From Cytophagales bacterium (GTDB taxonomy: Bacteria; Bacteroidota; Bacteroidia; Cytophagales; JAAEPT01), in NCBI GenBank assembly GCA_965267335.1, contig OZ253953.1, positions 1,282,639-1,346,638 of the forward strand: a DNA stretch of 64,000 nucleotides, read 5' to 3'. Under the pieces are notes generated by a model. The model was not told where the DNA came from. It worked only from the letters and a program-made list of their open reading frames with translations, and did no database searches. A program made the position numbers and the translations under genes. Shown piece after piece: positions 49,487-59,668 of the stretch. The stretch's first letter is position 1, and each line of letters starts with the position of its first letter.

Positions 49487-50365
49487 TTACTCAAAGTAAA
49501 TCTTTGTATTGGGTAGTAGCGCCTGGATATTTTGCCTTTCTTTTTTCTTAATATCATTACCTGCCAGCATAAGAGTTTTCAGGTTTTTCAACCCACTTAT
49601 GTGTAATGGTAATGATGTTAATTGGTTCATAGAAAGATCCAGAGTCTCCAGGTTCTTCAACTTGGCTATTGAAGTTGGAAGGGTCTGGAGCTTGTTCTGG
49701 CGGATATATAAGTTTTTTAAATTTTTAAGATTACCAAACTCAGCAGGTAAGTTGCTTAGATTGTTTTTATTGAGCGTCAGATCTTTCAGTTTACTGAGCC
49801 TTCCGATGGCAGGGTTAAGGGATGTTAATCCGTTACTGCTTAAGTCCAGAATGATCAGGTTATTTAACTTGCCCAGACTGCTTGATAACTGTGTAGCCTT
49901 ATTACCCATGAAATTGAGCTTGACAAGATTTGTCATCTTGTAAGAAGTAGAGGGTAAATTGGTCAATCTCTTGAAACTGAAGTCGGCACAGAAAATAATT
50001 TCAGGCTCGTTTTTAAAAACATCACTTTCAGGACCGTAACATTCTCCCATACAGCTGCTTTCAAGCATTCTCGCTGCTTTCATATTACCCAATCGCAGTG
50101 CCTGAGATAAATCAAAGCATAATTCGGAATTCTCGAAACCATATTGCTTGGCTAATAAGTCCTTTGCACGCGCTCGTTGGTAATAGGCACTGGAGAAATC
50201 AGCTCTCAGGCTAATGGCATTGGTGAAATCCCCGATCGCATCCATATACTGCTTACTCTTTAGTTTTGCGAGCCCGCTTTTGTAATAAGCATCAGCATCA
50301 GGAAGCTTATAACCTGAGAATATTGTCGATGATAGTAGTATTAATAAGGTTACTAGTTTTTTCAT
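49487..50365 (-). CDS. Secreted TPR + leucine-rich-repeat protein
   Basis: 292 aa with a signal peptide, a TPR-like N-terminal half, and then about 7 LRRs (L..L.L..N.L..LP..I..L.NL). Confidence 0.8.
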   Translation of the reverse strand: MKKLVTLLILLSSTIFSGYKLPDADAYYKSGLAKLKSKQYMDAIGDFTNAISLRADFSSAYYQRARAKDLLAKQYGFENSELCFDLSQALRLGNMKAARMLESSCMGECYGPESDVFKNEPEIIFCADFSFKRLTNLPSTSYKMTNLVKLNFMGNKATQLSSSLGKLNNLIILDLSSNGLTSLNPAIGRLSKLKDLTLNKNNLSNLPAEFGNLKNLKNLYIRQNKLQTLPTSIAKLKNLETLDLSMNQLTSLPLHISGLKNLKTLMLAGNDIKKKERQNIQALLPNTKIYFE

Positions 50366-50491
50366 GCTGTTGAGGTTTGGACATAAATACCCGTTTACAT
50401 ATACGGCACTCCCTTAGAAAAGTTTAATTTATTATTGCAAAAATTCTACCAAACTTGAAAATTGTGCAATATTCACCAGTTTTAGGGCTGA

Positions 50492-51790
50492 TTATTTGTT
50501 TTGCGCAGCCATAATGTCTTCAATTTCTTCCACCTCAATAGGAATACTTTTCATAAGGTCTACCGGACCATCGTTAGTGATCAGTATATCATTTTCTATT
50601 CTCACACCTATGCCCTCTTCCAGGACGTATATTCCCGGTTCACAAGTGTATACCATTCCTGCTTCCAACGGCCTCTCACGATTGTCCACATCATGAACGT
50701 CAAGACCTATGGAATGTGAGACTCCGTGCATGAAGTATTTGCGGTAAGCTGGGTTTTTAGGGTCTTGGTTGTCAATTTCGTTTTGAGTGAGCAGCCCCAG
50801 TCCTATCAGCTCCTTCTCAATAAATGAGCATACTTCTTTGGTGTAGTCTGCAATCAGAATGCCCGGGTTGAGTAATGAGATTGCAAACCTTTGTGCTCTA
50901 AGTACGGCATTATAGATTTCCTTTTGCCGTGGAGTAAACTTGCCTGAAGAAGGCACACACCTGGTGAGGTCTGCGTTGTAGTTAGCATATTCAGCACCAA
51001 AGTCCATTAGGATAAGCTCGTCTTCTTTAATTATGGATTCGTTGGCGATATAATGAAGTACACAGGCATTGGCACCAGAAGCTATTATCGGGCTGTAGGC
51101 ATGACCTCTCGATCCACTTCTTATAAACTCATGTGTGATTTCGGCCTCCAGCTGGTATTCGTAGATGCCTGGTCTTGTTTTGTCGAGAACTCGCTTGAAG
51201 GCACTTTCAGTAATCTTACAGGCCTCCTTCATTAGCTGAATTTCAATGCCGGACTTTACCATGCGCAGGTTATGCAAAATAGGAGCCGACTTTTCGTAGT
51301 TGACTTTGGGAAACTCACCTTGAATCCATTTCTTGAAGCGATCGTCCCTAGTTTCTACATTAGAAGTAGCTCGCGAGTGTTCGTTGGAGTTGAGGTAGAT
51401 ATTTTCTGCCTTGGGAATCAATGACTTTACCACCTGTTCGAAATCGCTTTCCCAATATACCGTAGTAATACCTGAAACCTTAGTAGCGTCTTCTTTGGAG
51501 TGCTTTTTGCCTTCCCATATAGCAATCGAAGGACTGGTTTCCTTCACAAAAAGGATTTCTCTTTTGTCGCTATCCGGATGGTCAGGGAATAATATCAGAA
51601 ATGTATCTTCCTGATCAATGCCACTAAGGTAAAAGAGGTCGTTATTCTGACGAAAGGGCATGACACCATCAGCATTGGTAGGCATGATATCGTTAGAATT
51701 GAAAATTGCCATTGACTTAGGTTTGAGCTCTTTTATGAAATTCTTTCGGTTGGAGGTAAAAAGAGAATTGTCAATAGGGAAGTATCTCAT
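50492..51790 (-). CDS. Xaa-Pro aminopeptidase (M24B family)
   Basis: 432 aa with an N-terminal AMP_N-like domain and M24 metal ligands in the context D..AEY..Y.AD.TR, HGVSH.IGLDVHD, EPG.Y and IRIEND. Confidence 0.9.
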   Translation of the reverse strand: MRYFPIDNSLFTSNRKNFIKELKPKSMAIFNSNDIMPTNADGVMPFRQNNDLFYLSGIDQEDTFLILFPDHPDSDKREILFVKETSPSIAIWEGKKHSKEDATKVSGITTVYWESDFEQVVKSLIPKAENIYLNSNEHSRATSNVETRDDRFKKWIQGEFPKVNYEKSAPILHNLRMVKSGIEIQLMKEACKITESAFKRVLDKTRPGIYEYQLEAEITHEFIRSGSRGHAYSPIIASGANACVLHYIANESIIKEDELILMDFGAEYANYNADLTRCVPSSGKFTPRQKEIYNAVLRAQRFAISLLNPGILIADYTKEVCSFIEKELIGLGLLTQNEIDNQDPKNPAYRKYFMHGVSHSIGLDVHDVDNRERPLEAGMVYTCEPGIYVLEEGIGVRIENDILITNDGPVDLMKSIPIEVEEIEDIMAAQNK

Positions 51791-51813
51791 TTTAAATTAA
51801 TTTTGCAGCCGCT

Positions 51814-53463
51814 ATGCGCATATTTCTTACATTGGGCCGTGCTTTTTTACTTTTTGTCTTTACTAGTTGTTGTCTGTCTTCAGCCGCTTTTGCTCAAGCC
51901 AAATACTGGATAGACTTCACCGATAAAGATATAGAGAATTACGATCATACGAAATTTTTGACTGAAGGGACTCGTATGAACAGGCTAAGGGAGGGTGCAG
52001 CTCTTTGGCAATATTCAGATGTACCCGTCAGAAAAGAATATATTCAGGCGTTAAGAGCTAATGATATTGAACCTATTATTGTTTCAAGGTGGTTTAACTC
52101 TGTATCTGCTGTACTAACGGACGAAAGAATTGCCAACCTAAAAGAACTTCCCTTTGTACAATCTATTGTACCTCTTGGACCTGAGCTGAGACCTACAGGG
52201 TTAGGCAGTGGTCAGCATTCCTCGGTGCTTTCTCAGTTGGGGGCAGAATTTTTCGATAAGGCTGGCTTGAATGGAAAGGGTGTGTCTATAGGAATTATAG
52301 ATGCGGGCTTTGCTGATGCGGATAGCTTGCCTGAATTAAATCATGTATTCAAAAACAGATCTGTAAAAGTGACCAGAGATTTTCTAAGCCCAGGCAGGGA
52401 TGATTTTTACCGGCAAGTAACAAGAGCTGACAGACACGGGACCAAGGTTTGGCGTCTGGTGGCTGGATACAACGATACCTCACAACTAAAGTATGGACTG
52501 GCAACAAATGCAGATTTCTACCTAGCCCGAACAGAAGACGGCATCAAGGAGTATAGAGTAGAAGAAGATGCATGGGTGGCTGCAATCGAATGGATGGATA
52601 GCCTCGGAGTGCGATTGGTGACTACATCATTGGGGTATACCGATTCTTTTGATGATCCCAAAGAGAATTACAAAAGCACTCAAATGGATGGACAAACAAG
52701 TAGAGTGGCACAAGCAGCAGAAATTGCAGCAACCGAAAAGGGTATATTCGTGGTAGTTGCAGCGGGTAATGAAGGTAACCTGGAGTGGGAAACCTTAAGT
52801 ACACCCGCAGATGCGAAATCAGCATTTGCAGTCGGGGCCTGCGGATTCAATACTTATAAGAAAAAGGGGTATAGTAGCATCGGGCCTGATTATATTGATT
52901 ATGTAAAACCAGATGCAGTATGCTTTAGTACCAATGGAACATCTTATTCCGCACCAAGTATGGCGGGCTTTGTTGCTTGTTTGATTCAACAGAATCCTGG
53001 TATCACTAATCTTCAATTGAAAGAAGCGATATATCAGTCTTGTCATCTCTACCCGTTTCCAAATAATTATATAGGCTATGGTGTGCCTGATGCCAGAAAG
53101 GCTATGCAGTATGTAAAAGGAGACAAAATTGCCGGAAACGCTACTACACGCGTGTCTGTACGCTCAAAAGAGTGGTTGTATACCTATGAAAGCTTGCCCG
53201 AATTACGACCCGTGTGTTTCTATAAAAAAGATGAAATTCACGTAATTAAGCAGGAAGAGCTCTCTGTGGAATCCAGAAAACGTAAAAACAAGAACTACTC
53301 TAAAGAAAAGAGAAAAGAAATGAAGGCAGAACGGAAAAGACTGAAGAAAGAAGGTAAATATGTAGCCGAAAAATATAATATGATTCGTGTGAGTCGTATG
53401 AATGGTGCTAAATTCACCACAGTACATACCGGAGACGGAGTTTACGAATTGATTTGGGAATAG
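51814..53463 (+). CDS. S8 (subtilisin-like) serine peptidase with a Lys-rich C-terminal region
   Basis: 549 aa with a signal peptide. The catalytic triad contexts are GIIDAGF (Asp), DRHGTKV (His) and GTSYSAPSMAG (Ser). Confidence 0.85.
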   Translation: MRIFLTLGRAFLLFVFTSCCLSSAAFAQAKYWIDFTDKDIENYDHTKFLTEGTRMNRLREGAALWQYSDVPVRKEYIQALRANDIEPIIVSRWFNSVSAVLTDERIANLKELPFVQSIVPLGPELRPTGLGSGQHSSVLSQLGAEFFDKAGLNGKGVSIGIIDAGFADADSLPELNHVFKNRSVKVTRDFLSPGRDDFYRQVTRADRHGTKVWRLVAGYNDTSQLKYGLATNADFYLARTEDGIKEYRVEEDAWVAAIEWMDSLGVRLVTTSLGYTDSFDDPKENYKSTQMDGQTSRVAQAAEIAATEKGIFVVVAAGNEGNLEWETLSTPADAKSAFAVGACGFNTYKKKGYSSIGPDYIDYVKPDAVCFSTNGTSYSAPSMAGFVACLIQQNPGITNLQLKEAIYQSCHLYPFPNNYIGYGVPDARKAMQYVKGDKIAGNATTRVSVRSKEWLYTYESLPELRPVCFYKKDEIHVIKQEELSVESRKRKNKNYSKEKRKEMKAERKRLKKEGKYVAEKYNMIRVSRMNGAKFTTVHTGDGVYELIWE

Positions 53464-53468
53464 CAGGA

Positions 53469-54590
53469 ATGAGAATAGGGTTTGATGCAAAGCGAGCATA
53501 TAACAACTTTAGTGGTTTAGGAAACTACAGCCGCTATGTGTTGAATAATATGGTCGCAATGTACCCCGAGGATGTGATGTTTGCATTTACTCCCAAAAGG
53601 AATGAAGAACTCTCAAAGCGGGTGTCTAAAAAATTAATTCTTCAGGAACCAGGTGATGCCCTCACCCGTTCATTTCACTCAATTTGGAGAAGTCTCGCAT
53701 GGGCCAATATAGCTGAAAGCAGAAGGCTTGATGTCTTTCACGGACTTAGCAACGAATTGCCGGCCAAGATTCACAAGTCCAGGGTCAAATCAGTTGTTAC
53801 TATCCATGATTTGATTTTTAAACGGTTTCCGGAACAGTATAAGGCGGTTGACAGAAAAATTTATGATAAGAAATTCAGATTTGCCTGTGAGGTGGCAGAG
53901 AAAGTCGTTGCGATTAGCGAGCAGACGAAGAGCGATATAACTGAATTTTATGATATTCCTGCCGAAAAGATTGAGGTTGTTTATCAGGATTGTGATCCAG
54001 CTTATCACTTAAGTGTAAGCAATGAACAAGCCACTGAAGTAAAGGAGAAGTATGCCCTACCAGACCGATATATACTTTGTGTTGGCACTATCCAGGAAAG
54101 GAAAAATCAATTACGCCTGGTTAAAGCCTTTCATCAGTTGGCCCCCAAAGAAGGACTTGTGCTAGTAGGTAAGAAAACAGCGTATAGTCGTGAACTGGAA
54201 GACTACATAAAAAAGAATAACCTGGAGCATAAAGTAAGGATCCTCGAAAATGTGGAGTCGCAGGATTTGCCGGTAATTTACTTTGCAGCTTCTATATTTG
54301 TATATCCATCTTTATTTGAGGGGTTTGGCATACCAATCATTGAGGCCCAAAATATGGGGGTGCCTGTAATTACATCTACCGGAAGTTGCTTCTCGGAGAC
54401 AGGTGGCAATGCAGCTACCTATGTTGATCCTATGGATACTGAAGCTTTGGCTGCAGCAATGAAGGACCTACTCATTGATGAGATGGGCAATATTGAAAGG
54501 GCAAATGAAGGGAAGGTCAATGTAATGCGTTTTAGAGCCGAGAAAACAATCCCTCAACTTCATGAGGTTTATGAAAGTTTAAATGTCTGA
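53469..54590 (+). CDS. Family 4 glycosyltransferase (Glycos_transf_1 type)
   Basis: EGFGIPIIEAQNMGVPVITS is the E(x7)E-region signature. I prefer the ATG at 53469 (MRIGFDAKR) to the TTG at 53454. Confidence 0.85.
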   Translation: MRIGFDAKRAYNNFSGLGNYSRYVLNNMVAMYPEDVMFAFTPKRNEELSKRVSKKLILQEPGDALTRSFHSIWRSLAWANIAESRRLDVFHGLSNELPAKIHKSRVKSVVTIHDLIFKRFPEQYKAVDRKIYDKKFRFACEVAEKVVAISEQTKSDITEFYDIPAEKIEVVYQDCDPAYHLSVSNEQATEVKEKYALPDRYILCVGTIQERKNQLRLVKAFHQLAPKEGLVLVGKKTAYSRELEDYIKKNNLEHKVRILENVESQDLPVIYFAASIFVYPSLFEGFGIPIIEAQNMGVPVITSTGSCFSETGGNAATYVDPMDTEALAAAMKDLLIDEMGNIERANEGKVNVMRFRAEKTIPQLHEVYESLNV

Positions 54591-55833
54591 TTTTAAAATA
54601 TACGAGCTGGCCAATGGTATTCGTGTTGTTCACAAGGAAGTGACCAATACCCAGGTTGCCCACTGTGGCTTTGTGCTGGACATTGGTAGCCGGGATGAAT
54701 TGGAGCATGAGGTTGGGTTGGCCCACTTCTGGGAACACATGGCCTTCAAAGGGACCAACCGAAGAAAATCCTTTCATATTCTCAACCGACTTGAGTCAGT
54801 AGGAGGTGAGCTGAATGCTTATACGACCAAAGAAAAAATCTATTTCTACGCTTCAGCTCTGGATAAGCACTACGAAAAGTCTCTCGAACTACTGCACGAT
54901 ATCACTTTCAATTCTACTTTTCCTGCAAAAGAAATAGAAAGGGAAAAAGGAGTCATCCTGGAAGAGATGGCGATGTACCGGGATACACCGGAAGATGCAA
55001 TAAATGACGAATTTGACGGACTTATATTTGATGGACACCCGCTAGGAAATAATATATTAGGGACAGAAAAAAGCGTAAAATCATTTAAACATACGGACTT
55101 TAAAAAGTTCCTGGAAGCCAACCTGAACACCGAGCGACTGATCTTTGCTTCCATAGGAAATATTAGTTTTGAAAAGGTGAAAAAACTGGCGGAGAAATAC
55201 CTTAGCGACATTCCGAAGTACTCAGCTCATCGTGAGCGCCAGCCGGTAACCTCATATCATCCCCGCCTGCTGGAAGAACAAAAAGCGATTAGTCAGGCAC
55301 ACTGTATAATCGGCAGGACCGCCTACTCTATAAATGATGATAAACGAGTTCCGTTCTTTATGCTGAATCACCTCTTGGGTGGTCCAGTATTCAGTTCCAG
55401 ATTAAATATGATTCTAAGGGAAAAGAAAGGCTATGTTTATACTGTAGAAGCAAACTATAGTTCATTCACCGATACGGGCCTGATGGGAATCTATTTCGGA
55501 ACTGAAAAGCGACACCTCAATCATAGTATTAAAATTATTAAGAAGGAAATGGCCAGACTCCGGGAAGTTCCTTTAGGTACTGTGCAGCTTCATAACCTGA
55601 AAGAGCAGATCAAAGGACAGCTGGCAATGGCTGATGAGAGTAATTCAGGAATGATGCAGATGATGGGAAAGAGTATACTTGACCTTGGGAGAATTGACTC
55701 TGTACAGACCTTATTTGATAAAATTGATGCGCTCTCCGCGAAAGATTTGCAGGAGGTGGCCAATGAAATTTATGTAGAAGATCAGCTCAGTATATTAAAA
55801 TATATTCCTCAAAATGGAGTTCATAGACCCTAA
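54583..55833 (+). CDS. M16 (pitrilysin/insulinase) family zinc peptidase
   Basis: 416 aa with inverted zinc motif HFWEH (HxxEH) followed by ...F.GT. It overlaps the preceding gene by 8 nt. Confidence 0.85.
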   Translation: MSDFKIYELANGIRVVHKEVTNTQVAHCGFVLDIGSRDELEHEVGLAHFWEHMAFKGTNRRKSFHILNRLESVGGELNAYTTKEKIYFYASALDKHYEKSLELLHDITFNSTFPAKEIEREKGVILEEMAMYRDTPEDAINDEFDGLIFDGHPLGNNILGTEKSVKSFKHTDFKKFLEANLNTERLIFASIGNISFEKVKKLAEKYLSDIPKYSAHRERQPVTSYHPRLLEEQKAISQAHCIIGRTAYSINDDKRVPFFMLNHLLGGPVFSSRLNMILREKKGYVYTVEANYSSFTDTGLMGIYFGTEKRHLNHSIKIIKKEMARLREVPLGTVQLHNLKEQIKGQLAMADESNSGMMQMMGKSILDLGRIDSVQTLFDKIDALSAKDLQEVANEIYVEDQLSILKYIPQNGVHRP

Positions 55834-56458
55834 CATCCAAGAATACTGTAATAATCATTCCGATGCGGAATCTGAATTGTTACGTGAGATCAACCGGGAT
55901 ACTCATGCCAATGTACTTAGCCCAAGGATGCTATCAGGGCATTTTCAGGGTAGGTTGTTGAGTATGATCAGTAAGATGATACGTCCGGAATGTATACTGG
56001 AAATTGGAACATACACTGGTTATTCTGCCCTGTGTATGGCCGAAGGGCTGGCTGAAGACGGTCAGCTGATAACCATTGATATCAACGAGGAGTTAGAAAG
56101 CAGGGTAAGAGCTAGCTTTGAAAAAAGTGGTTATGCCGGACAAATAGATTTCCGTATCGGAAACGCACTGGACATCATTCCCAAAATTAACCGCAGCCTT
56201 GATCTCGTATTTATCGATGCTGACAAGCAAAATTACCTGAACTACTACCACCTTGTAATGCAAAAACTTCGTCCCGGAGGTTTTATTTTGACTGATAACG
56301 TGCTCTGGAGTGGGAAGGTAGTGGCAGAGGAAGTGAAAGCTTCAGACAAGCAAACCAGGGCAATTATGGAATTCAATGATTTTGTTCATCAGGATGATAA
56401 AGTTGAAAATGTATTGCTTCCTGTAAGAGATGGCATCATGTTGGTAAGAAAAAAGTAG
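55814..56458 (+). CDS. Class I SAM-dependent O-methyltransferase (caffeoyl-CoA OMT-like, family 3)
   Basis: 214 aa with ILEIGTYTGYSALCMA, FIDADK.NY and DN.LW.G.V motifs. Confidence 0.85.
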   Translation: MEFIDPNIQEYCNNHSDAESELLREINRDTHANVLSPRMLSGHFQGRLLSMISKMIRPECILEIGTYTGYSALCMAEGLAEDGQLITIDINEELESRVRASFEKSGYAGQIDFRIGNALDIIPKINRSLDLVFIDADKQNYLNYYHLVMQKLRPGGFILTDNVLWSGKVVAEEVKASDKQTRAIMEFNDFVHQDDKVENVLLPVRDGIMLVRKK

Positions 56459-56473
56459 TACTTTTGTAGTGCT

Positions 56474-58030
56474 ATGTTAAAGAGAGTTTTATCGTTAATA
56501 TTATTCATTCTAATTGGGATTGGTGCGGGCAAGGCACAATCGGTGGTCGTTCCGGCCAAGGTTGATTTTGCCGGTATGAAGCTGACCCTGAACTCAGCAG
56601 CGCGCAAAAAAGTACAGGCAGACGTAGATCGCCTCAGACGTAGCCCCAAGTTTTTCCAATCCTACGTAGATAAAGCCAATATCTACTTCCCACTAATCGA
56701 GCAGGTTTTCAAAGAAGAAGGGTTTCCCGATGATGTAAAGTACCTGATCATTCAGGAAAGTGCCTTCAGGGCAGATGCAGTATCAAGTAGTAATGCCGTA
56801 GGATACTGGCAATTCAAAAAAGGAACAGCTCAGGAGGTGGGACTTAGAGTAGATGGAGCTATTGATGAACGCAAAAATATTGTTTCAGCCAGCAGAGGAG
56901 CTGCTCTGTACATCAAGAAAAATAATGAAAAGCTGGACAACTGGGTGTATGCCCTTACTGCCTACAATACCGGATTGGGTGGAGTACAAAAGTATGTCGA
57001 TAAAAAATACATTGGTGCTGACAAGATGGAAATTACCGGAAATACACATTGGTATTTTTTAAAATTTCTTGCGCATAAAATAGCTTTTGAAGGTGCGGTA
57101 GGTAAAGAAAGAGCTAAAAATCAATTAGGAACTTACACCAAAACCAGCGGACAAACCCTGAAAAGTATTTCCAAAAAAACCAATGTACCACTGGAAGAGC
57201 TGGAAGCCTATAACAGATGGATATCATCAAGCAGAAAAATACCTTCGGATAAAACCTATGTTGTTGCCGTTCCTGGAGTAGGTATCCAAACATCGGAGCC
57301 GGTACTGGCACAGAATGATACGAAGAAATCGGTAATCAAGGAAAAGCCGGTTCGGGAACCGAAGAAGGTTAAGCCCCGATCAGAACCTGTCGTAGCAGAG
57401 TTGACAGACTATGATCCTGACAATCCACCGGTGTTTCTTATCGTAAACGGACTGCGTGCGGTGAGAGCCGCAGAAGGCGATGAGTTGGTAAAATTGGCAG
57501 CCTATGCCGGGTTGACCAGAGAAAAATTAGCAAAATTTAACGAAATTGAGACCTTTCATGACCCAATTGTGGGTCAACATTACTTTATCACTAGGAAGAA
57601 AAGCAAAGGACTCGTAAATTACCATACCGTACGGGAAGGAGAAGACCTCTGGTCCATATCTCAGAAGTACGGAATGAAGAAATCAAAAATCCTCAAGTAC
57701 AACCGTATGTACAAGGGTGAGGCGCTTGAAGTTGGCAGAGTACTGTGGCTTCGAAGAAAGCGTCCCTCTGACGTGCCGGTGAAGTATTTAGGAAGGGAGG
57801 AGCCGGACGACCGTTCGGCTCCTTTAACTACCACCGACAGCTCTACAAGCAATACTCCCGACAATCAATCAGATAATTACGAAGGTGCACAGGTACATAT
57901 AGTACAGCCCGGAGAAACGATGTACTCAATTTCACGGAAGTACAAAGTGTCCGTACAGGAGATAATGGACTGGAATGATAAGCCGGATGCAGGGATCGAT
58001 GTGGGGGAGAAGCTGGTGATTAAGAAGTAA
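56474..58030 (+). CDS. MltD-like lytic transglycosylase with LysM domains
   Basis: 518 aa with a signal peptide, the SLT catalytic region LIIQESAFRADAVSSSNAVGYWQF, and LysM-type repeats (e.g. HTVREGEDLWSISQKYGM and HIVQPGETMYSISRKYKV). Confidence 0.85.
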   Translation: MLKRVLSLILFILIGIGAGKAQSVVVPAKVDFAGMKLTLNSAARKKVQADVDRLRRSPKFFQSYVDKANIYFPLIEQVFKEEGFPDDVKYLIIQESAFRADAVSSSNAVGYWQFKKGTAQEVGLRVDGAIDERKNIVSASRGAALYIKKNNEKLDNWVYALTAYNTGLGGVQKYVDKKYIGADKMEITGNTHWYFLKFLAHKIAFEGAVGKERAKNQLGTYTKTSGQTLKSISKKTNVPLEELEAYNRWISSSRKIPSDKTYVVAVPGVGIQTSEPVLAQNDTKKSVIKEKPVREPKKVKPRSEPVVAELTDYDPDNPPVFLIVNGLRAVRAAEGDELVKLAAYAGLTREKLAKFNEIETFHDPIVGQHYFITRKKSKGLVNYHTVREGEDLWSISQKYGMKKSKILKYNRMYKGEALEVGRVLWLRRKRPSDVPVKYLGREEPDDRSAPLTTTDSSTSNTPDNQSDNYEGAQVHIVQPGETMYSISRKYKVSVQEIMDWNDKPDAGIDVGEKLVIKK

Positions 58031-58090
58031 GACTTAAGATATAAGACTTAAGATTTAAGAAATAAGAAGTAAGAAATAAGACTTAAGGTT
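58021..58090. repeat. Strictly phased heptamer array (TAAGANN) x10
   Basis: taagaag taagact taagata taagact taagatt taagaaa taagaag taagaaa taagact taaggtt. It fills the whole 60-bp gap between two convergent genes and includes the stop codon of the upstream gene. Confidence 0.9.
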
Positions 58091-59014
58091 TTACCTTTTG
58101 ATTAGCTTTTTGACCTTCTGTAATGGTTTTTTGTAGAGAAAGGTGAATTCTACTTTGTGACTTCCGAAACTTTCGAAATAACTACCTACTGTAGGTAAGG
58201 AACCTCCTTCAAAATCCAGTGTCATATCGGAGTTGGAATATTGCTGAATCATGTGATCCAGTAAAAATGTGCTGGCACCTCCCTTTTTGCCTTCTTCGGT
58301 TGATATCCCCATGAGGTAGAGGATAAAGTTTTCATATACCAGGAATATTGATCCTCCTACAAATTTACCTGAGTCTGATTTTGCCTCAAGAATTTCAAAG
58401 TTCCAATCACCGCTGCCAATCACCTTCCTGAAGTGGTTTAGCTCTTTTGTGAGGCCTTTGATGCCGTCTCCTTTTTGTTGGATGAAAAGGTCAATGATGT
58501 TATCCGGATTTTCGACTTTTTCGATGGTCAGGCCAGCGTCCCGGGCCTTGTTAAGGTCATTTTTTTTCCCCCGGTTATATTTTTTTCTGATCAGCTCGTA
58601 TTCCTTGTTGAGGGGCAGCTGATAAGTACACCGTACCTCTGATTTAAGGTTTTTGAGTGCAGGAACTTCCTTGTTGAGGAAGTTGAGCGTGTAATCTACT
58701 TTGATGAATTTATCAATGACTCTAATGGCCTCATGCATAAACTTTTCCTCTTCCCTGAACTCAGGTGTACTGATCAGTCCAAGTTGATGAGCGTAATAAG
58801 GCATATACACGTACTTAAGTCCGTATTTAACCCTTGTAGGAACGGGTAAAACAGCCAGGTACTTATTGTCCTCCTCCCATACCAGGGCTTTCCAGCTGGT
58901 ACAGATGTCACTGAGGTATCGGTATCGGGCATAGGGATAGGGATAGCTGGATTGCAGGATGCAGTCATCCCACCTAGTGGGGTCAATTTCATTATTTACC
59001 AGTTGCCTGATCAT
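58091..59014 (-). CDS. FemAB-like / GNAT (Acetyltransf_6-type) protein
   Basis: About 307 aa. The layout and motifs (..W...........F....W................YL, C-terminal FLLDHMIQQY.....LDFEG) resemble the BioF2-like/FemAB-type acetyltransferase family common in Bacteroidota. The likely start is the ATG at 59014 (MIRQLVNNEID); the ORF-track start is 59047. Confidence 0.55.
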   Translation of the reverse strand: MIRQLVNNEIDPTRWDDCILQSSYPYPYARYRYLSDICTSWKALVWEEDNKYLAVLPVPTRVKYGLKYVYMPYYAHQLGLISTPEFREEEKFMHEAIRVIDKFIKVDYTLNFLNKEVPALKNLKSEVRCTYQLPLNKEYELIRKKYNRGKKNDLNKARDAGLTIEKVENPDNIIDLFIQQKGDGIKGLTKELNHFRKVIGSGDWNFEILEAKSDSGKFVGGSIFLVYENFILYLMGISTEEGKKGGASTFLLDHMIQQYSNSDMTLDFEGGSLPTVGSYFESFGSHKVEFTFLYKKPLQKVKKLIKR

Positions 59015-59056
59015 AGTGTAGGAGTGGGGCAAATTTAAGTATATCAACGAGCTCTC

Positions 59057-59668
59057 TCAGGGTTCAATACCAATCATCACTAAGGGTACTGCCGGTACCC
59101 CTCGGCCTTGTCTGGCCAAATCATACAATGCTGCCTCATAATAGCCAGGTCCTGATGACATTTGTGATTGCATTACTTTCATAGGAAGAATTTCTATGCC
59201 TACATCGATAGCATCACCTACATAAAATGCGAGATGCTTGACGAATAAATCGTATGCTATGAAACTATATTTCCCAAATTGTACTTCAACAGCTATGCGG
59301 TTTTTAACAAAATCAGTTTGATTATAAGACTTAATGGGAACCTTTCCTGACTCTTCGATAATTTTCTTTTGCTCAACTTCATTCAAATTCATAGTCCTAC
59401 TGATGAGATCATAGTCGTCAGTTACCCAATAATCAGTTCTGCTTTCATACCAACCAAGGCTTTCAAAATCTTCCTTGATCCGTTTATTTATGTGCGAGGG
59501 ACTGAAAAGTTCTTTCCCTTTCATTGTTTTTTCCTTGCTAATCTTTGTGCGGAAATCATCCGCGTTGATACCGTTGATGATACCAATTATTTCATTCCAC
59601 ATATCTTTTTGATGGTATTGAATCCATTCAAACCCATTTAAGTGGGAATACATCGCGCCAATTTTCAT
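59057..59668 (-). CDS. Type II restriction endonuclease, BglII/BamHI-fold
   Basis: 203 aa. QTDFVKNRIAVEVQFGKYSF parallels BglII DIDFGKRDTLVEVQFSNYPF, with the same D-x8-E-V-Q spacing. The C-terminal MSSG.GYYE.A...L...G.....VPLV.IGI parallels BglII NSSLYYEQA...L........VPIRLVGL. The BglII sequence is from memory. Confidence 0.7.
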   Translation of the reverse strand: MKIGAMYSHLNGFEWIQYHQKDMWNEIIGIINGINADDFRTKISKEKTMKGKELFSPSHINKRIKEDFESLGWYESRTDYWVTDDYDLISRTMNLNEVEQKKIIEESGKVPIKSYNQTDFVKNRIAVEVQFGKYSFIAYDLFVKHLAFYVGDAIDVGIEILPMKVMQSQMSSGPGYYEAALYDLARQGRGVPAVPLVMIGIEP

